Positions 1 to 11,919 of a DNA stretch of 64,000 nucleotides are shown piece after piece. How positions within the stretch are numbered: position 1 is the first letter of the stretch; each line of letters starts with the position of its first letter. Under the pieces are notes generated by a model. That model saw only the letters and a list, made by a program, of their open reading frames with translations. It had not been told where the DNA came from and searched no databases. The position numbers and the translations under genes are program-made. The DNA comes from Octopus vulgaris (Eukaryota), in assembly GCA_951406725.2 (NCBI GenBank), contig OX597816.1:85684001-85748000 (forward strand). The letters run 5' to 3'.

Positions 1-104
1 TTGAAATTGAAGTGTCACAGATACATACAAAACGCGTGTTTACCAAAATTATCAGAGAAAACATTTAGCTTTTAATGAGTGCGCAGAATTTTCAAGTATG
101 TAGG

Positions 105-330
105 CTAATGATACTTCAAATATGATAAACATATAATTACAAATGTAATGAAAGTTGTAGTTTCTATTCCCATATGCTTCTGTTGCTGAAGCAGTGTTGT
201 ATATTCAAGCAAATTTACAAAACGTTCATGATGTTGAATGCATTCATTCTTTCCAGACATAAAATAAATGTAACTTATACATGTGAATTCCCGTATACAC
301 ACATTTCACTGGTCATATATTTATATGCAA
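105..330 (-). pseudogene. Decayed Cys-rich PAN/apple-like coding relic (speculative)
   Basis: Minus frame reads Q*NVCIREFTCISYIYFMSGKNECIQH, a C-x5-C-x-S-Y-x-Y..C pattern that resembles the relic at 55.6 kb. A stop lies immediately upstream. Confidence 0.3.
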
Positions 331-503
331 GTGTAAAGACAAAAATTTGCAATTTTATAGATATTACCTGCGTAGTCGATGAAGCAGAATATTTATGAAT
401 CTTGCTTAAATGCTGAAAGCATTTTTGCCTTCATTATAATTCTCGCTAACCCATAATTCTTAGTTAACTAGGTTTTGTTATTGTGTATATCCAAAATAAT
501 AAT

Positions 504-716
504 GGCTTCAAATTTTGCCACAAGGGCAGACATTTTGGAGGTGGGGACGAGTCGATGTAATCGACTCCAGTGTTCTACTGGTAATTATTTTATCGAACCC
601 CAGAAGATGAAAAGCAAAGCTGACCTCGACAGAATTTGAACACATAACTTAGCAACAGGTGAAATAGCGCTAAGCATTTCGTCCAACGCGCTAACGATTC
701 TGCTAGCTGACTGCCT
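504..716 (-). mobile_element. tRNA-derived SINE, family A (Nin/Deu-like core), diverged
   Basis: Reverse complement matches the copies at 2955, 41066 and 62457 (ggcagaatcgttagc...gttcaaattc...gaggtc...ccttt...gataaa...accag...gtcgat). Confidence 0.8.
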
Positions 717-771
717 GATGCATACACGTGCACTGATATTTCAGTCAGTAAATTGAATGTGTGCAGAAATT

Positions 772-1214
772 GGATCTTTTCGGTTTGAACGGCAGTTTTT
801 AACATAATTTCTAGGTAACTAAAAATTTTAAACTTCGAATACTGGTAGAATGTGTTTATAAAACATCTTTTTCTCTTGGCTTTATTGAGAAAATTCTATA
901 GTTTGTAAGATATTTGTTGTTGTTTTTTCTTCAATTTCTGCAATTTCAACCAATCACTGACGTCTATTGATGTAAATAACATTCTGTGCCGTATGAATAT
1001 GTCCCTCGTTTAAGAAACAGATTGGGTTTATTTACATTTGTGAAGAAAAAAATACCCTTCCCCCCACCCCTAACCCTAACTCTAACCCTAACCCTCACTA
1101 ACCCTAACTCTAAAACAGATTGAACTGCAATAGATCGATACTAGGGTCATAATTATGGGTGACAATTTCATATGACACCGCTAGAAAAAACTGCCGTTCA
1201 AACCGAAAGGATCC
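772..1214. mobile_element. MITE with ~29-bp TIRs and 8-bp TSD (Merlin- or hAT-like)
   Basis: Left end ggatcttttcggtttgaacggcagttttt, right end aaaaactgccgttcaaaccgaaaggatcc (1 mismatch). Flanks cagaaatt (764-771) and cggaaatt (1215-1222). Confidence 0.85.
1068..1113 (+). repeat. Degenerate telomere-like (CCCTAA)n tract inside the MITE
   Basis: ccctaa ccctaa ctctaa ccctaa ccctca ctaa ccctaa ctctaa. Confidence 0.85.
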
Positions 1215-1858
1215 CGGAAATTTTCTGAAATTGAATATGGATTATTTTACTGTTGTTCAAATCCAAATTCCAGGATTGTAGCTTTGCTTCCTTGTTAAAT
1301 ATGAGTCGTTTCTCTATAGGAAATATTCAAACATCTCAAAGCAACAAGCGAACATACATTAACACATATTTATATGAGCATGTGTATCTCTCATTCTCTC
1401 TCTTTCTGTCACTCTATTCTATCTCTCTCTATTCCTTTCTGTCTGTGTGTGTCTGTCTCTCTCCGTATGTGTGAGTGCGTGTGTGCGTGCGTACGCATGT
1501 ATATAAGCGCGCACACATGTATGTATGTAGTATGTTACTCTATACCGCAATAAAATTATTATTCGAGTCATTTAACCTGCATACCTATTAGCACTCCAGA
1601 TTAATTTTTAGCAACGACCCATATTCACAACTCTCTTCAAATCGTTTATTTCATTTAACATTAAAATTTCCAATCATTTATCTGTATATGACTATTAAGC
1701 CAAATATATATCGATATATTAATATTATCTGAACGAATAATGAAACAATTTACATTTGCATTTTTCTTGACCGACTTTTCATAACGAACACATTTATTGC
1801 CTTTACACAAAGATTGTCTGCATTATTATTACCAGTATTATTATATTATTATCAGAAT

Positions 1859-2234
1859 GTCTTCTTCTTCTTCTTCTTCTTCTTCTTCTTCTTCTTCTTC
1901 TTCTTCTTTCCTACTACTACCAATACTACTACTACTACTACCACTACTACTACTACTACTACTACTGCTGCTGCTGTTGCCGCTGTAACTACCACTACTG
2001 CTACTACTATTGTTGCTGCTGCTGCAACTACTACTACTACTACTACTACTACTACAACTACTACTCCTACTCCTACTGCCACTACTACGACTACTACTAC
2101 GACTTCTGCTGCTGCTGTTGCTACTACTACTACTAATGCTGCTGCTACTACTACTACTATTACTACTACTGCTGCTGCTGCTACTACTACTGCTGCTGCT
2201 GCTACTACTACAACTACTACTACCGCTGCTGCTG

Positions 2235-2271
<37 letters not shown>

Positions 2272-2280
2272 AACTACTGT
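1859..2280. repeat. Compound trinucleotide microsatellite (TCT)n/(ACT)n/(GCT)n
   Basis: Directly visible; explains the poly-S/L/T/V ORFs. Confidence 0.95.
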
Positions 2281-2954
2281 AGCAAAGCTCTTTAGAATGC
2301 TGGCTTGTGACCATATTCCTACCAAAGTGATGCTAGCAGTTGAACTATTCGATCGCAAAAACGATTGATTTACTGGTATGTGAAAAGTGTATGTACCACT
2401 CACTTCACAGACACATCTTCGCTTCAAAGAAGCATACTAGTTGGATATGAATATCTGTCCACAACAATATGAGCTAGCATTTTTACAAGTATATTTTGAA
2501 TGACAATGCAGTAAATGAAAAACCCATCAATAAATAATTGTGAATGATTCAAAACGAATTTTCACAGAAACAGATTAAGCTTATAATTAGAGAAATGTTT
2601 CAGGGAAGTGTCACATTTGAATATTAGCCCGTCTACTGATTTGACAAATCTAGTTTAATCCTTCCGTTACATAATATATGAATTCTAAACGAAACAAAAT
2701 AATAATATTTAAAAATGACAATTTCTTGAGAGACTTAGTGTAACGAGTTAATACATATTATAAAACCTTAATACCCGTGCATATTAGGAGCAGAGTTTTC
2801 AGTCTTTAAATGATGACAAGCTGTCTATCTGTATTGTTTTGGCGTATAGTCATGCACGCACATTTAAAAATTCGCACACGAACTTGCAAATACGTACACA
2901 TACTCATCCGAACACATACAAATACACACACACGCACACAAATATATATAAAGA

Positions 2955-3145
2955 AAGGCGGCGAGCTGGCAGAAACGTATTTCGTCTGCCGTTACGTTCT
3001 GAGTTCAAATTCCGACTTACCTTTCATCCTTTCGGAGTAGATAAATACCAGTTACGCAGTTGGGTCGTTGTAATCGACTTCATCCGTTTGTCTGTCCTTG
3101 TTTGTTCCCTCTATGTTTAGCCCCTTGCGGGCAATAAAGAAATAA
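2955..3145 (+). mobile_element. SINE family A, internally deleted
   Basis: aaggcggcgagctggcagaaacg...gagttcaaattccg (B-box-like)...cctttcatcctttcgg...aataaagaaataa tail. Confidence 0.85.
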
Positions 3146-3786
3146 CAAGCATATACAATGAATATAATATATCATAATACAATATAATATAATATTTGTC
3201 TATGTGTGTGAGTGTTCGTGTGCGCATATGAGTAGGTGTATGTTTGGTTGTGTATGTTTACTGAGATTGCTAATCAGACACAGAGAAAGACAATTTTGTT
3301 GTATTCGAGGGGAAAAAACTGATATTCTATATCAACTAGAAATTTCATCTTATAATTTATTTGCAGTAACTAACCGCACTACATTAGAGCGTTATAGACA
3401 AACGATGATCTTTAGAACGTACGGTAGATTCAATGTTAAATCGGCGCATTTATACAACGAACCAAAAATTTTAACACGCATACCCATACATACTGAAAGA
3501 ATTCTACTGAGAAGATGCTACTTTTAGATTACTGAAACCATAGAATTATGGAAGCCGTGTAGCAATATATAGGACTATATTCGTAAAGATATCGAAGTTT
3601 TGTCAGTTACTGAGGCTGACCAAAAACCATCAAAATTTATGTTCAATATTTCATCTATCCTATTTTTAATGTTCAAAACACCTAGAAAAACTTATATACA
3701 TTAATATATAGTTTCTAAAATTTATGCGTTAACATTTTCAATTGTGGAAAAGTCCATGAGAGCAATCAACGTTGATATTATCTTAC

Positions 3787-4220
3787 TGAATGACTGGGTA
3801 CTTTTTGTAACTGGGTGATTCCAGGCTATATTAAATCCATTACATGTGAAATAAACTACTTGCACTATTTAATTGTTGGAAATTGCCCAAGGAATTGGGA
3901 TGTGATGTGAGCAAGAATTCACCAAATCCTATAGTTTTCAAAATTGCTAATAAAGTTCTACATCTACTTGTGATAAAAACTAAAACCACTGGAGTCATTA
4001 ATGCAAGAGCAAGATGTTTCGCAGGAAAAAGGATTGAAGTTTTAATTGTTAAATTTAACATTCTCTAAACCACATATATTTTCGGAGAGCAAGAAATGTA
4101 GCAGCAGCTAAAAATGTAATACAATTTGAAAACCTGCTAGAAGTCGTTGATGTAAAAGTAATATTTCATCGACCTGTTGCAATCCGGTTGGTAATCCTTA
4201 TTTACAGGGAAGAGAGCATC
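3787..4220 (-). pseudogene. Decayed Cys-rich (PAN/apple-like) exon relic (speculative)
   Basis: Minus strand reads ..NFNPFSCETSCSCINDSSGFSFYHK..CRT with stops and frameshifts. It is bracketed by a possible acceptor (ttgcag) and donor (gtaag). Confidence 0.25.
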
Positions 4221-5325
4221 TGCAATTTACATTCAGTATTGACTAAAATATATGGATATATACTGTAGTGCAGTATAACAATGGAAGTAAAGACAGTTTA
4301 CGAATAATAAAAACATATACGGTACTCACAGGTGCTCGCACGCCGAATGTTTCTATTTCATTAAATGTTTTTACGAACATGGAAAATCAGTATAAAATAA
4401 CCAGATTTATAGTTATATAATTTTAAATATATTTGGTGCAATTTAAGTCTTAGCTAGGATCTTATTAGACAGACAACTATGTTGTAAATGTTGTTAGTCT
4501 AATTACATTTTACCAAAAAAAATATAGGTGCTATAAAATGTTCAAGAGAATGTATTTTGATGTTTCTCACTTGTGATGTAAAAATTCCGACGGATTATTA
4601 AATCTGTTATTAAAAGAGACATTTAAAAAGAAATTTATCGGTTACGTGGGGTAGTGGTATGTATAAAACTCAAACAATCGTCAGCTTAGTGGAAATTGGT
4701 ACCCAGATTTTTTATCTTATTTTTTTTTACGTTTCTGTTTTTGTAGTATGTTGTGTCAAAGTAGAAATGAACGATTATGTTCATCCGAGAAATCGGTACA
4801 AAACAAAGAAAAATTAATGAAAGCATTTTTTGGTCAGTCCAGACTACAAATTTGCCACTTTTATATCGAATCCTATTTAGAAACATATGACATTATACAG
4901 TCTATATAATAGTCTATCTTTGATTATCACTGCTCACAAGAATAAAAACTAGGAAATATTTTGATATCTTCGCAAAACAGCAGAAAAATGTAGTCGAGAA
5001 GTGTATTTAAAATAGTTAGGCCACATCGAAACATTTGCCTTAACATATATACTTGACAAATTCGCTACTCATTCTCATGCTGTTTCTCATTTGAAATATT
5101 CTTCATTTTGCTGTCTTGGAGTCTTTATTTGGTTACCAAACATGTATGTTTAATGTGGTCAGAAATTTCAAGAAATTAATTTACTTTTTTATCACAAACA
5201 ACTTCCTTAAAGTTTTCTCTTAACACACCTTACTTTCGCTTCTTGGTATTTTAGTAATTTGAGCGAGACTATTTTATGAATTACTTGGGGTTAATACCAT
5301 CATATATAAAGCGTAAAAAGTGTAA

Positions 5326-5469
<144 letters not shown>

Positions 5470-5473
5470 TACC

Positions 5474-5750
5474 CTTTTTGCTCTTTTACTCGTTTCAGTC
5501 ATTTGACTGTGGCTATGCTGGAAGACGGGCTTTTTAGTCGAGCAACTCGACCACAGGACATATGCTTTGTAAGCCTAGTACTTATTCTATCGGTATCTTT
5601 TGCCGAACCGCTAAGTTACGGGGATGTAAACACACCAGCATCGGTTGTCAAGCGAGATTATAGACAGTGACCGAAGGTGCAACTCAATGGAACTGAACTC
5701 GGAACCATGTGGTTGGAAAGCAATCTTCAGACCACAAAACGCTTTGCCTA
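5474..5750 (-). mobile_element. SINE family B (CORE-like tRNA SINE), internally deleted
   Basis: gtttcagtcatttgactg...aagcctagtacttattctatcgg...gaaccgctaagttacgggg...ggaaccatgtggttgg matches the full copies at 16291 and 44831. Confidence 0.85.
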
Positions 5751-6933
5751 TATGCATATATAGATAATAGTTAGATAGATAGATAAAGAGAGAGAGAGAA
5801 ATAAACGGGAAGAAAGATAGATATGCGGCAAATATGAATATATATCCATATTTGTATATACACACATTGACTCGCCCAGACAGACATTCACACGCATACA
5901 TGTGTAATAATTTTTAAAAAAATACAAAATATATTAGCAACTATGAATATAATAAGCTGGATTCATATACACATTTCTTTGCATCAAATTTTCTATTATA
6001 AATTCATTTAATTTTTGTAGACAATTTCGATGTAAAATGTGCAAGAAAATTATTAATGGATCTTTTCTTACCAACTAGATATCTATTTGAATACTTTCAT
6101 GGTTACCACTTGTTTTTCCTTTGATTATCAATTTTTATTAAATGGTGTTGCATTATTTCAAGAGTATTCCAGAAACATATTAAATAACATTAAAGGGGAA
6201 TAACGATGATGAAGTCGGAAGTTGGCATATACGCCAGCCACAATTTCTTTCGGTTCCAATTATGTTTTTACGTATATTAAAAATCAGTAGAAAATATGTA
6301 AATTTTCGAAATTTTTCATAACCTTGATAGAAACGTAATTGTGGATGCAAACGCAGCATCACGGGCTATAATAAAGCTAAGTAATTTAAAACAACACAAG
6401 AGTTTTATTAAATAAGATTAAAACTATTGTTTTGATTTTCGTCAATATTAGTTGCTGTCGTGTTTTTCGAAGTTTACTCTGACAGAAACAAAATAGTAAT
6501 CTTCAGGAATATTTGTTCTCTAGACTCATCGTGATATTGATTCTGATGACTGCTTATTGCATATAGTTAACATATTGGTTATCAATATAGTATTATTCTT
6601 CACCTAAAATTCTGGATATTTTGGTTGAGTTAACTTCTTTGGTGACATTTTCGGGCTAAATTAAGTACTAAATGTTTGGAACGAAAAGTAGATTTGATCC
6701 TGAAAGTAGATTTGATCCTGATAATATGCCAATCATTGAAATCTAAATCAAACATTTATGATGAGTAGGTTACAGAAAATCGCTACGTTAAGGGGACGTA
6801 ATCATAATATCATCGGCTGTAAAGTGATGGTAGTGGTCAGAAACATGAACAATATATATATATATATATGTATAGGGTAAATGTGTTTGAAAGTTGTGGT
6901 TTCTTTGGTATGTTTGTTCCCAAACAACACTTA

Positions 6934-7039
6934 CGAGGGGTGTATGAAAAGTCTCGAGCCTAAAAAAAAAACAACAACATGGTACAAGATTACAAGGCTC
7001 AAAGGCCCTGAGGGCTCAAAACTTTTCATAAACCCCTCG
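6934..7039. mobile_element. Mariner-type MITE (106 bp, TA TSD)
   Basis: ta|cgaggggtgtatgaaaagtctcgagcc ... ggctcaaaacttttcataaacccctcg|ta. Confidence 0.85.
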
Positions 7040-7194
7040 TATTTTAGTGCTGTTGACACCGCCGGATTAAATGGGACTGCCCAAGTGTCGAAACTATAAA
7101 GATATCCGAGTGGTAGCTGATGATAGATGTATTGTTGGATTGTTGAAATGGCTCTTTTTGTATATGTGGAATAGTATTATAACACATCCTCTTG

Positions 7195-7243
<49 letters not shown>

Positions 7244-8064
7244 GATAGATAGATAGATATATTGATAGACGAAAGGCTTCTAACATGTCTTCTACTATAG
7301 CTTCTGTTCAACACTTTGACAGAAAACACATGTTGAAGTTGCTATGCACTGGGAGTTTAAAACGGAACCATGTGGTTGTGAAGCAATAATATACTTGTAA
7401 TTGCTTTTTACATGGTTTCTAATTTATATGTACCGTAGAAACCACTTCATCGTGTACTCTGTATATAATTATACGACAATATAATTTAAATGAACAAAAT
7501 GTATATGAAAAGAATCGGCTTTAATTTGATTATATTTCGTAGTTTGCTTTATGAACTAATCGGTCTAATATAATTATTTTTCCCTAAATTAATTTTATGT
7601 TTTTTCTTATCATAGATATTTGAATGTTGAGTAGAAATACACGCTTATATTCAGATGTGAATGAATTATGGATCAAATATATCAAGAAAATAAAACACGA
7701 TTATGGGCAAGATTATAGTTTTTCACGCCGATGAACCTGATTTTCAAACTTTTGTAAATTATAATAAGTTCCGACATCGATCAAACATTTCATTATTTTC
7801 GAGCATTTCTTCATGATATATATATATGCACGTTAATTTGACTGCATTCGTGCAATCATAAACACACACACATATATGTATATACACAGACACATTTAAG
7901 CATGTACATATTTATATGAAGACATATCTGAGTGCATATTATTCTCAATGCTTACTAAAAGCTAAGAATCATAAATGCATGTGTCTTTAGGGGTATCAGG
8001 AAAAACATATGTACCATAGTAGAGATAATGCTGAAGTTATGCATTTCTGATGAAAGAAGTATTA

Positions 8065-8143
8065 TTTCTATTATTTTTATTATTATTGTTCTTGATGATT
8101 TTGTTGTTGTTGTTGTTGTTGTTGTGTACATTACTGCTACCGA

Positions 8144-8215
<72 letters not shown>

Positions 8216-8228
8216 TACTACTACTACT
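8065..8228. repeat. (TTA)/(TTG)/(CTA)n microsatellite
   Basis: Directly visible. Confidence 0.9.
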
Positions 8229-8984
8229 TGAACGAAAGGAATTTTATGAAATACTTATATTAATAATATGAGAAAATTGTGCAGAAATCTTTCCTGAATA
8301 CATTTGTACTAAATGTTTGATAAAGGAGTTCACTTCTATATGGGATAATTTTAATTTTTTCTCCCATATTTTCCATGAATACATCTTCTGTAATATATCA
8401 TTAATGACGAAATGTACGGAAACGTACGCATATCTGTGCGAAAATATCCTTTACGTTGGTGTGTAGAAGAAGAAGAATATTGTGCTATATTCACTTTATT
8501 GGTGCCCTAATCTGAATTCTTTGAATTTATGACATTATCACAAGTCACTCAAAATAGGTGAAGTGACAAAGAAAAGAGTTACATAAAAATTAATAAAATC
8601 TATTACATCTCTCATAGTGAGTAATATTTTGTTACTTATGATTAAAATTTAAAATGTCAAAATATTTATTCATAACTTCAAAATGAAATGTTGCTTGGAA
8701 GAACTAAACTTCCTGTGAATTGCCAACTGAAAACCGAAAACTGAAGGAGCAGGAGGAGTTAGTTATAAAACTACAACTGAACAGCCCTGGAAATATCGAA
8801 TACAACAAAATTTAGATCCAGTCAACCAAAATACATTTACGCATGTAATTGTAGACGAGAGGATAAGTGATTAAGAAATACAAACTAAATGATCTAATAA
8901 GGAAGGCATTAAATTGACATAGGTAAAGGCATCGTAGATTTCTGCGCGTGCGTGCGTTTGTGTATGTGTATATATATATATATC

Positions 8985-9265
8985 GTTTATCTTTAACGTT
9001 TATTAAACTTCTGTCTAGCTGGAGAACTACCTTAAATTTTTAGTCGAAAGAGACGACCCTAGTACACGTCTTTTTTAAAATGTTTATTCTGGTACTTATT
9101 CTAAATGTCACTTTTGGCAAGCCGCTAAGCTACTGAAACGTAAACACACCAACACCGGTTGTCAAGCGATGGTGTGGCGAAAATACATACACAAACACAC
9201 ACGCGTGCGCGTAATAATACACACTGTTTCTTTCAGTTTGTGTCTACCAAATCCACTCACAAGTT
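8985..9265 (-). mobile_element. SINE family B, diverged and truncated
   Basis: ccgctaagctactgaaacgtaaacacaccaacaccggttgtcaagcgat...tttcagttt...tctaccaaatccactcacaag. Confidence 0.75.
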
Positions 9266-9334
9266 TTCTCTGCATTAGATCTATCATTTAAGGCGAAATG
9301 AACCTTGTACCCTAAACACGAGCAATGTACTTCA

Positions 9335-9660
9335 CGAAACACATGGTTCCTGGTTCAGTCGAACAGCTTCCAAAATTTGCACTATAGCCTCGTGTAGAGC
9401 AAAGATTTGTGAGTGGATTTGATAGCCGGAAACTGAAAGAAACTCATCTCGTATATACACATATGTGTGTGCGTGCGGCTGTATGTGAACGCGCGCGCGT
9501 TTGCACGCGTACACGTGTCATTGTGTCTGTGTTTGTTCCCCTTTTCTGCTTGACAACACAACCGATGTTGGCGTGTTTACATTCCCATAAATTAGTTGTT
9601 CGGCAAATATTAGCCAATACAACAAATACCAGGCTTAAAAGGATATGTAGTGGGTCGATT
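9335..9660 (+). mobile_element. SINE family B, diverged
   Basis: cacatggttcctggttcagtc...ctatagcctcg...ttgtgagtggatttgatagccggaaactgaaagaa...gcttgacaac...gggtcgatt. Confidence 0.75.
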
Positions 9661-9724
9661 AATACCATATAATATAATGTTTTACATTGAAAATAATCTT
9701 CGGTTGAAGAGAATGTATCCTATT

Positions 9725-9955
9725 TACCAAAAGGCAACCGAGAATCGATTGATATGACAAGATATAAATTCCATAACCAAGGAATCCTCCAAAATTGGCT
9801 TGGCATTAGAGAAAGGCTTATTACACCCATACACCTTCTTCCATCGGCATTATCAATAAGGTAATCATTCTCATCTATATGAAATACATAGGCATACACG
9901 ATAAATGTAGGACGTTTTTATGCCCTCAGAAATTTGCAAAGATTTAGCCAAAATG
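9725..9955 (-). pseudogene. Possible C-terminal relic of a pepsin-family (A1) aspartic protease
   Basis: LCKFLRA*KRPTFIVYAYVFHIDENDYLIDNADGRRCMGVISLSLMP[fs]PILEDSLVMEFISCHINRFSVAF resembles the A1 pattern C..LP.ITF..F.L..DY....C....ILGD.F..F....RVGFA. Confidence 0.3.
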
Positions 9956-9972
9956 TGCTAGACATATGTAGC

Positions 9973-10039
<67 letters not shown>

Positions 10040-10041
<2 letters not shown>

Positions 10042-10169
10042 AAATTAGAGATAAAACCACTATTAGGCAAATCAAACAGTGAAAAACATAAGCCAATACA
10101 TAAAATTAATTTTAAAATATAAAAGTTAAAACTTAAAAAAATATTAAAACAATTTAAACTTATAAATTT

Positions 10170-10175
<6 letters not shown>
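10040..10175. mobile_element. Fragment of the PLE-derived fold-back family (as at 22.3 kb and 52.6 kb)
   Basis: aattagagataaaaccactattaggcaaatc...aagccaatacataa is near-identical to 22292-22351. Confidence 0.75.
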
Positions 10176-10219
<44 letters not shown>

Positions 10220-10249
10220 CATACATACATACAAATATATATATATATA

Positions 10250-11494
10250 TCTTCTCTCTTCTCCCCGTCTGTCTTGATAGACAATGGGTTGCGCCAAGGG
10301 TGGGGCCTACTTTGATGATGTGCAGCGTCTGCTGTGACTGAATAGTCCAATTCTAGAGTGGCAGTCCCTGGTACAGTTGCTGCACACGAACATCGATGGG
10401 TACGTGTGGGGTGTTGCTGCAGTTGTCCTCCTCCTGGCCCGCCTGTCCGACCACAGCTGTGCTCTCCTTTCCTCAGCCATGGAAACGCCTTTCCTCACTG
10501 TCCGACGCCAGGCAGAGCGGTCAGCAGCTGTTACCTCCCACGTGTCCACACAGATGTTGGCAGTCCTCAGGTCGCGCTTGCACACATCCCTGTATCGTAG
10601 CTGTGGACGTCCCTTGGGTCGGGATCCCGTGGTGAGTTCGCTGTACAGGATGTCTTTAGGCATGCGACCGTCCCGCATGCGGCAGACGTGTCCGAGCCAG
10701 CGCAGTCGTCTCCGCACGAGGAGGGCATGCATGCTTGGCATATTAGTCTATTCTAGGATGACTCCGTTTGGTACTCGGTCCTTCCAGGAGATGCCAAGGA
10801 TCCGTCGAAGACACCGCATGTGGAAGCCGCTGAGGTGGCATTCTTGCCGGGTGTATGTTGTCCAGCTCTCGCAGCCGTAGAGTAGGGTGCTCAGCACGCA
10901 GGCTCGGTACACTGCGATCTTGGTGGTTATTGTGAGCATGTTGTTTTCCCACACTCTCCTGGAAAGCTTAGCCATGGCAGCAGCAGCCCTCCCAATCCGT
11001 CTGTTCAGCTCCGGCTCGAGGGACAGGCTGCTGGAGACCGTCGATCCCAGGTAAGTGAACTCGTTCACCACCTGCAAGCTGTGGTCGCCGACACTGATGC
11101 TGGGGATCCCTCCGACGTCCTGGCCCATGATCTCTGTCTTTTGCAGGCCGATGGTAAGGCCGAACTCTTGGCAGGCATCCGCCAGGGAGCTGAACAGCCT
11201 CTGGAGACCCGGCTGGTTGTGTGATGTTAGGGCGGCATCGTCAGCAAAGAGGACCTCTCTGATCAGCACCTGACGGACTTTGGTCTTAGCTCTGAGGCGC
11301 GCAAGATTGAACAACCCACCATCAGCTCTGGTGTGGAGGAACACTCCGTCGTCGGACGTTCTGAAGGCATAGGACAGGACAAGGGAGAAGAAAATTCCGA
11401 AGAGCGTCGGCGCCAGAACGCAACCCTGTTTCACTCCACTCTGGATGGGGAACGACTCCGAGGGCGATCCGTCAAACTGCACTGTTCCCTGCAT
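10250..11494 (-). mobile_element. RTE/BovB-clade LINE 3' part (RT, thumb, C-terminal C2H2-like knuckle), one in-frame stop
   Basis: GVKQGCVLAPTLF, LFADD, FTYLGS, LLYGCESW, RLRWLGHV, C-terminal CSNCTRDCHSRIGLFSH. ORFs 10748-11494 and 10307-10741 are in the same frame, split by one TAG. Short 3'UTR runs into (TA)n. Confidence 0.95.
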
Positions 11495-11702
11495 ACTGCT
11501 TTAGGGCAGAGATGTCTACAATCGACATGATCTTCTCACTCAGGCAGCTTCAAGAAAAGAGTCGAGAACAGAGACAGCCCCTATACGTGGCCTTCATCGA
11601 CCTGGCTAAGGCGTTCGACTCAGTCAGCAGGGAGGGGCTGTTTGCGCTCCTGGGTAGGATAGGTTGCCCTCCCAGAGTGCTGAAACTCATCACCTCCTTT
11701 TC

Positions 11703-11704
<2 letters not shown>
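11495..11704 (+). mobile_element. Inverted 5' segment of the same RTE (RT domains 2-3)
   Basis: FRAEMSTIDMIFSLRQLQEKSREQRQPLYVAFIDLAKAFDSVSREGLFALLGRIGCPPRVLKLITSF is the part that normally precedes MQGTV, here on the opposite strand. Confidence 0.92.
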
Positions 11705-11745
<41 letters not shown>

Positions 11746-11919
11746 CGTGAGTGTGTATGTGTGTGTGTTTTCATGTGCATCCGTGTGCGTGTTTATGCCA
11801 AGTTATTTAATAAAAGAATTACTTCATGCTTTTCAGAAGAGAAAGGTTACTATGGAATTCGAAAGGCCAAGTACCTTTCGTCAATTTCATAAACCAGTAA
11901 AATAAATCCTCTGTTGTCA

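Noticed and set aside
1068-1113. True telomere or chromosome fusion site
   Set aside because: Short, degenerate and enclosed by MITE TIRs.
1797-2427. Long ORFs on both strands (poly-T/S/V/L)
   Set aside because: They are translations of trinucleotide microsatellites. The same applies to all YI/HT/CV-repeat ORFs in the track.
4686-4886. Possible signal-peptide exon for the 3.8-kb relic
   Set aside because: Only weakly hydrophobic, with no clear splice donor.
6684-6721. aaagtagatttgatcctg x2
   Set aside because: A simple tandem duplication with no further structure.
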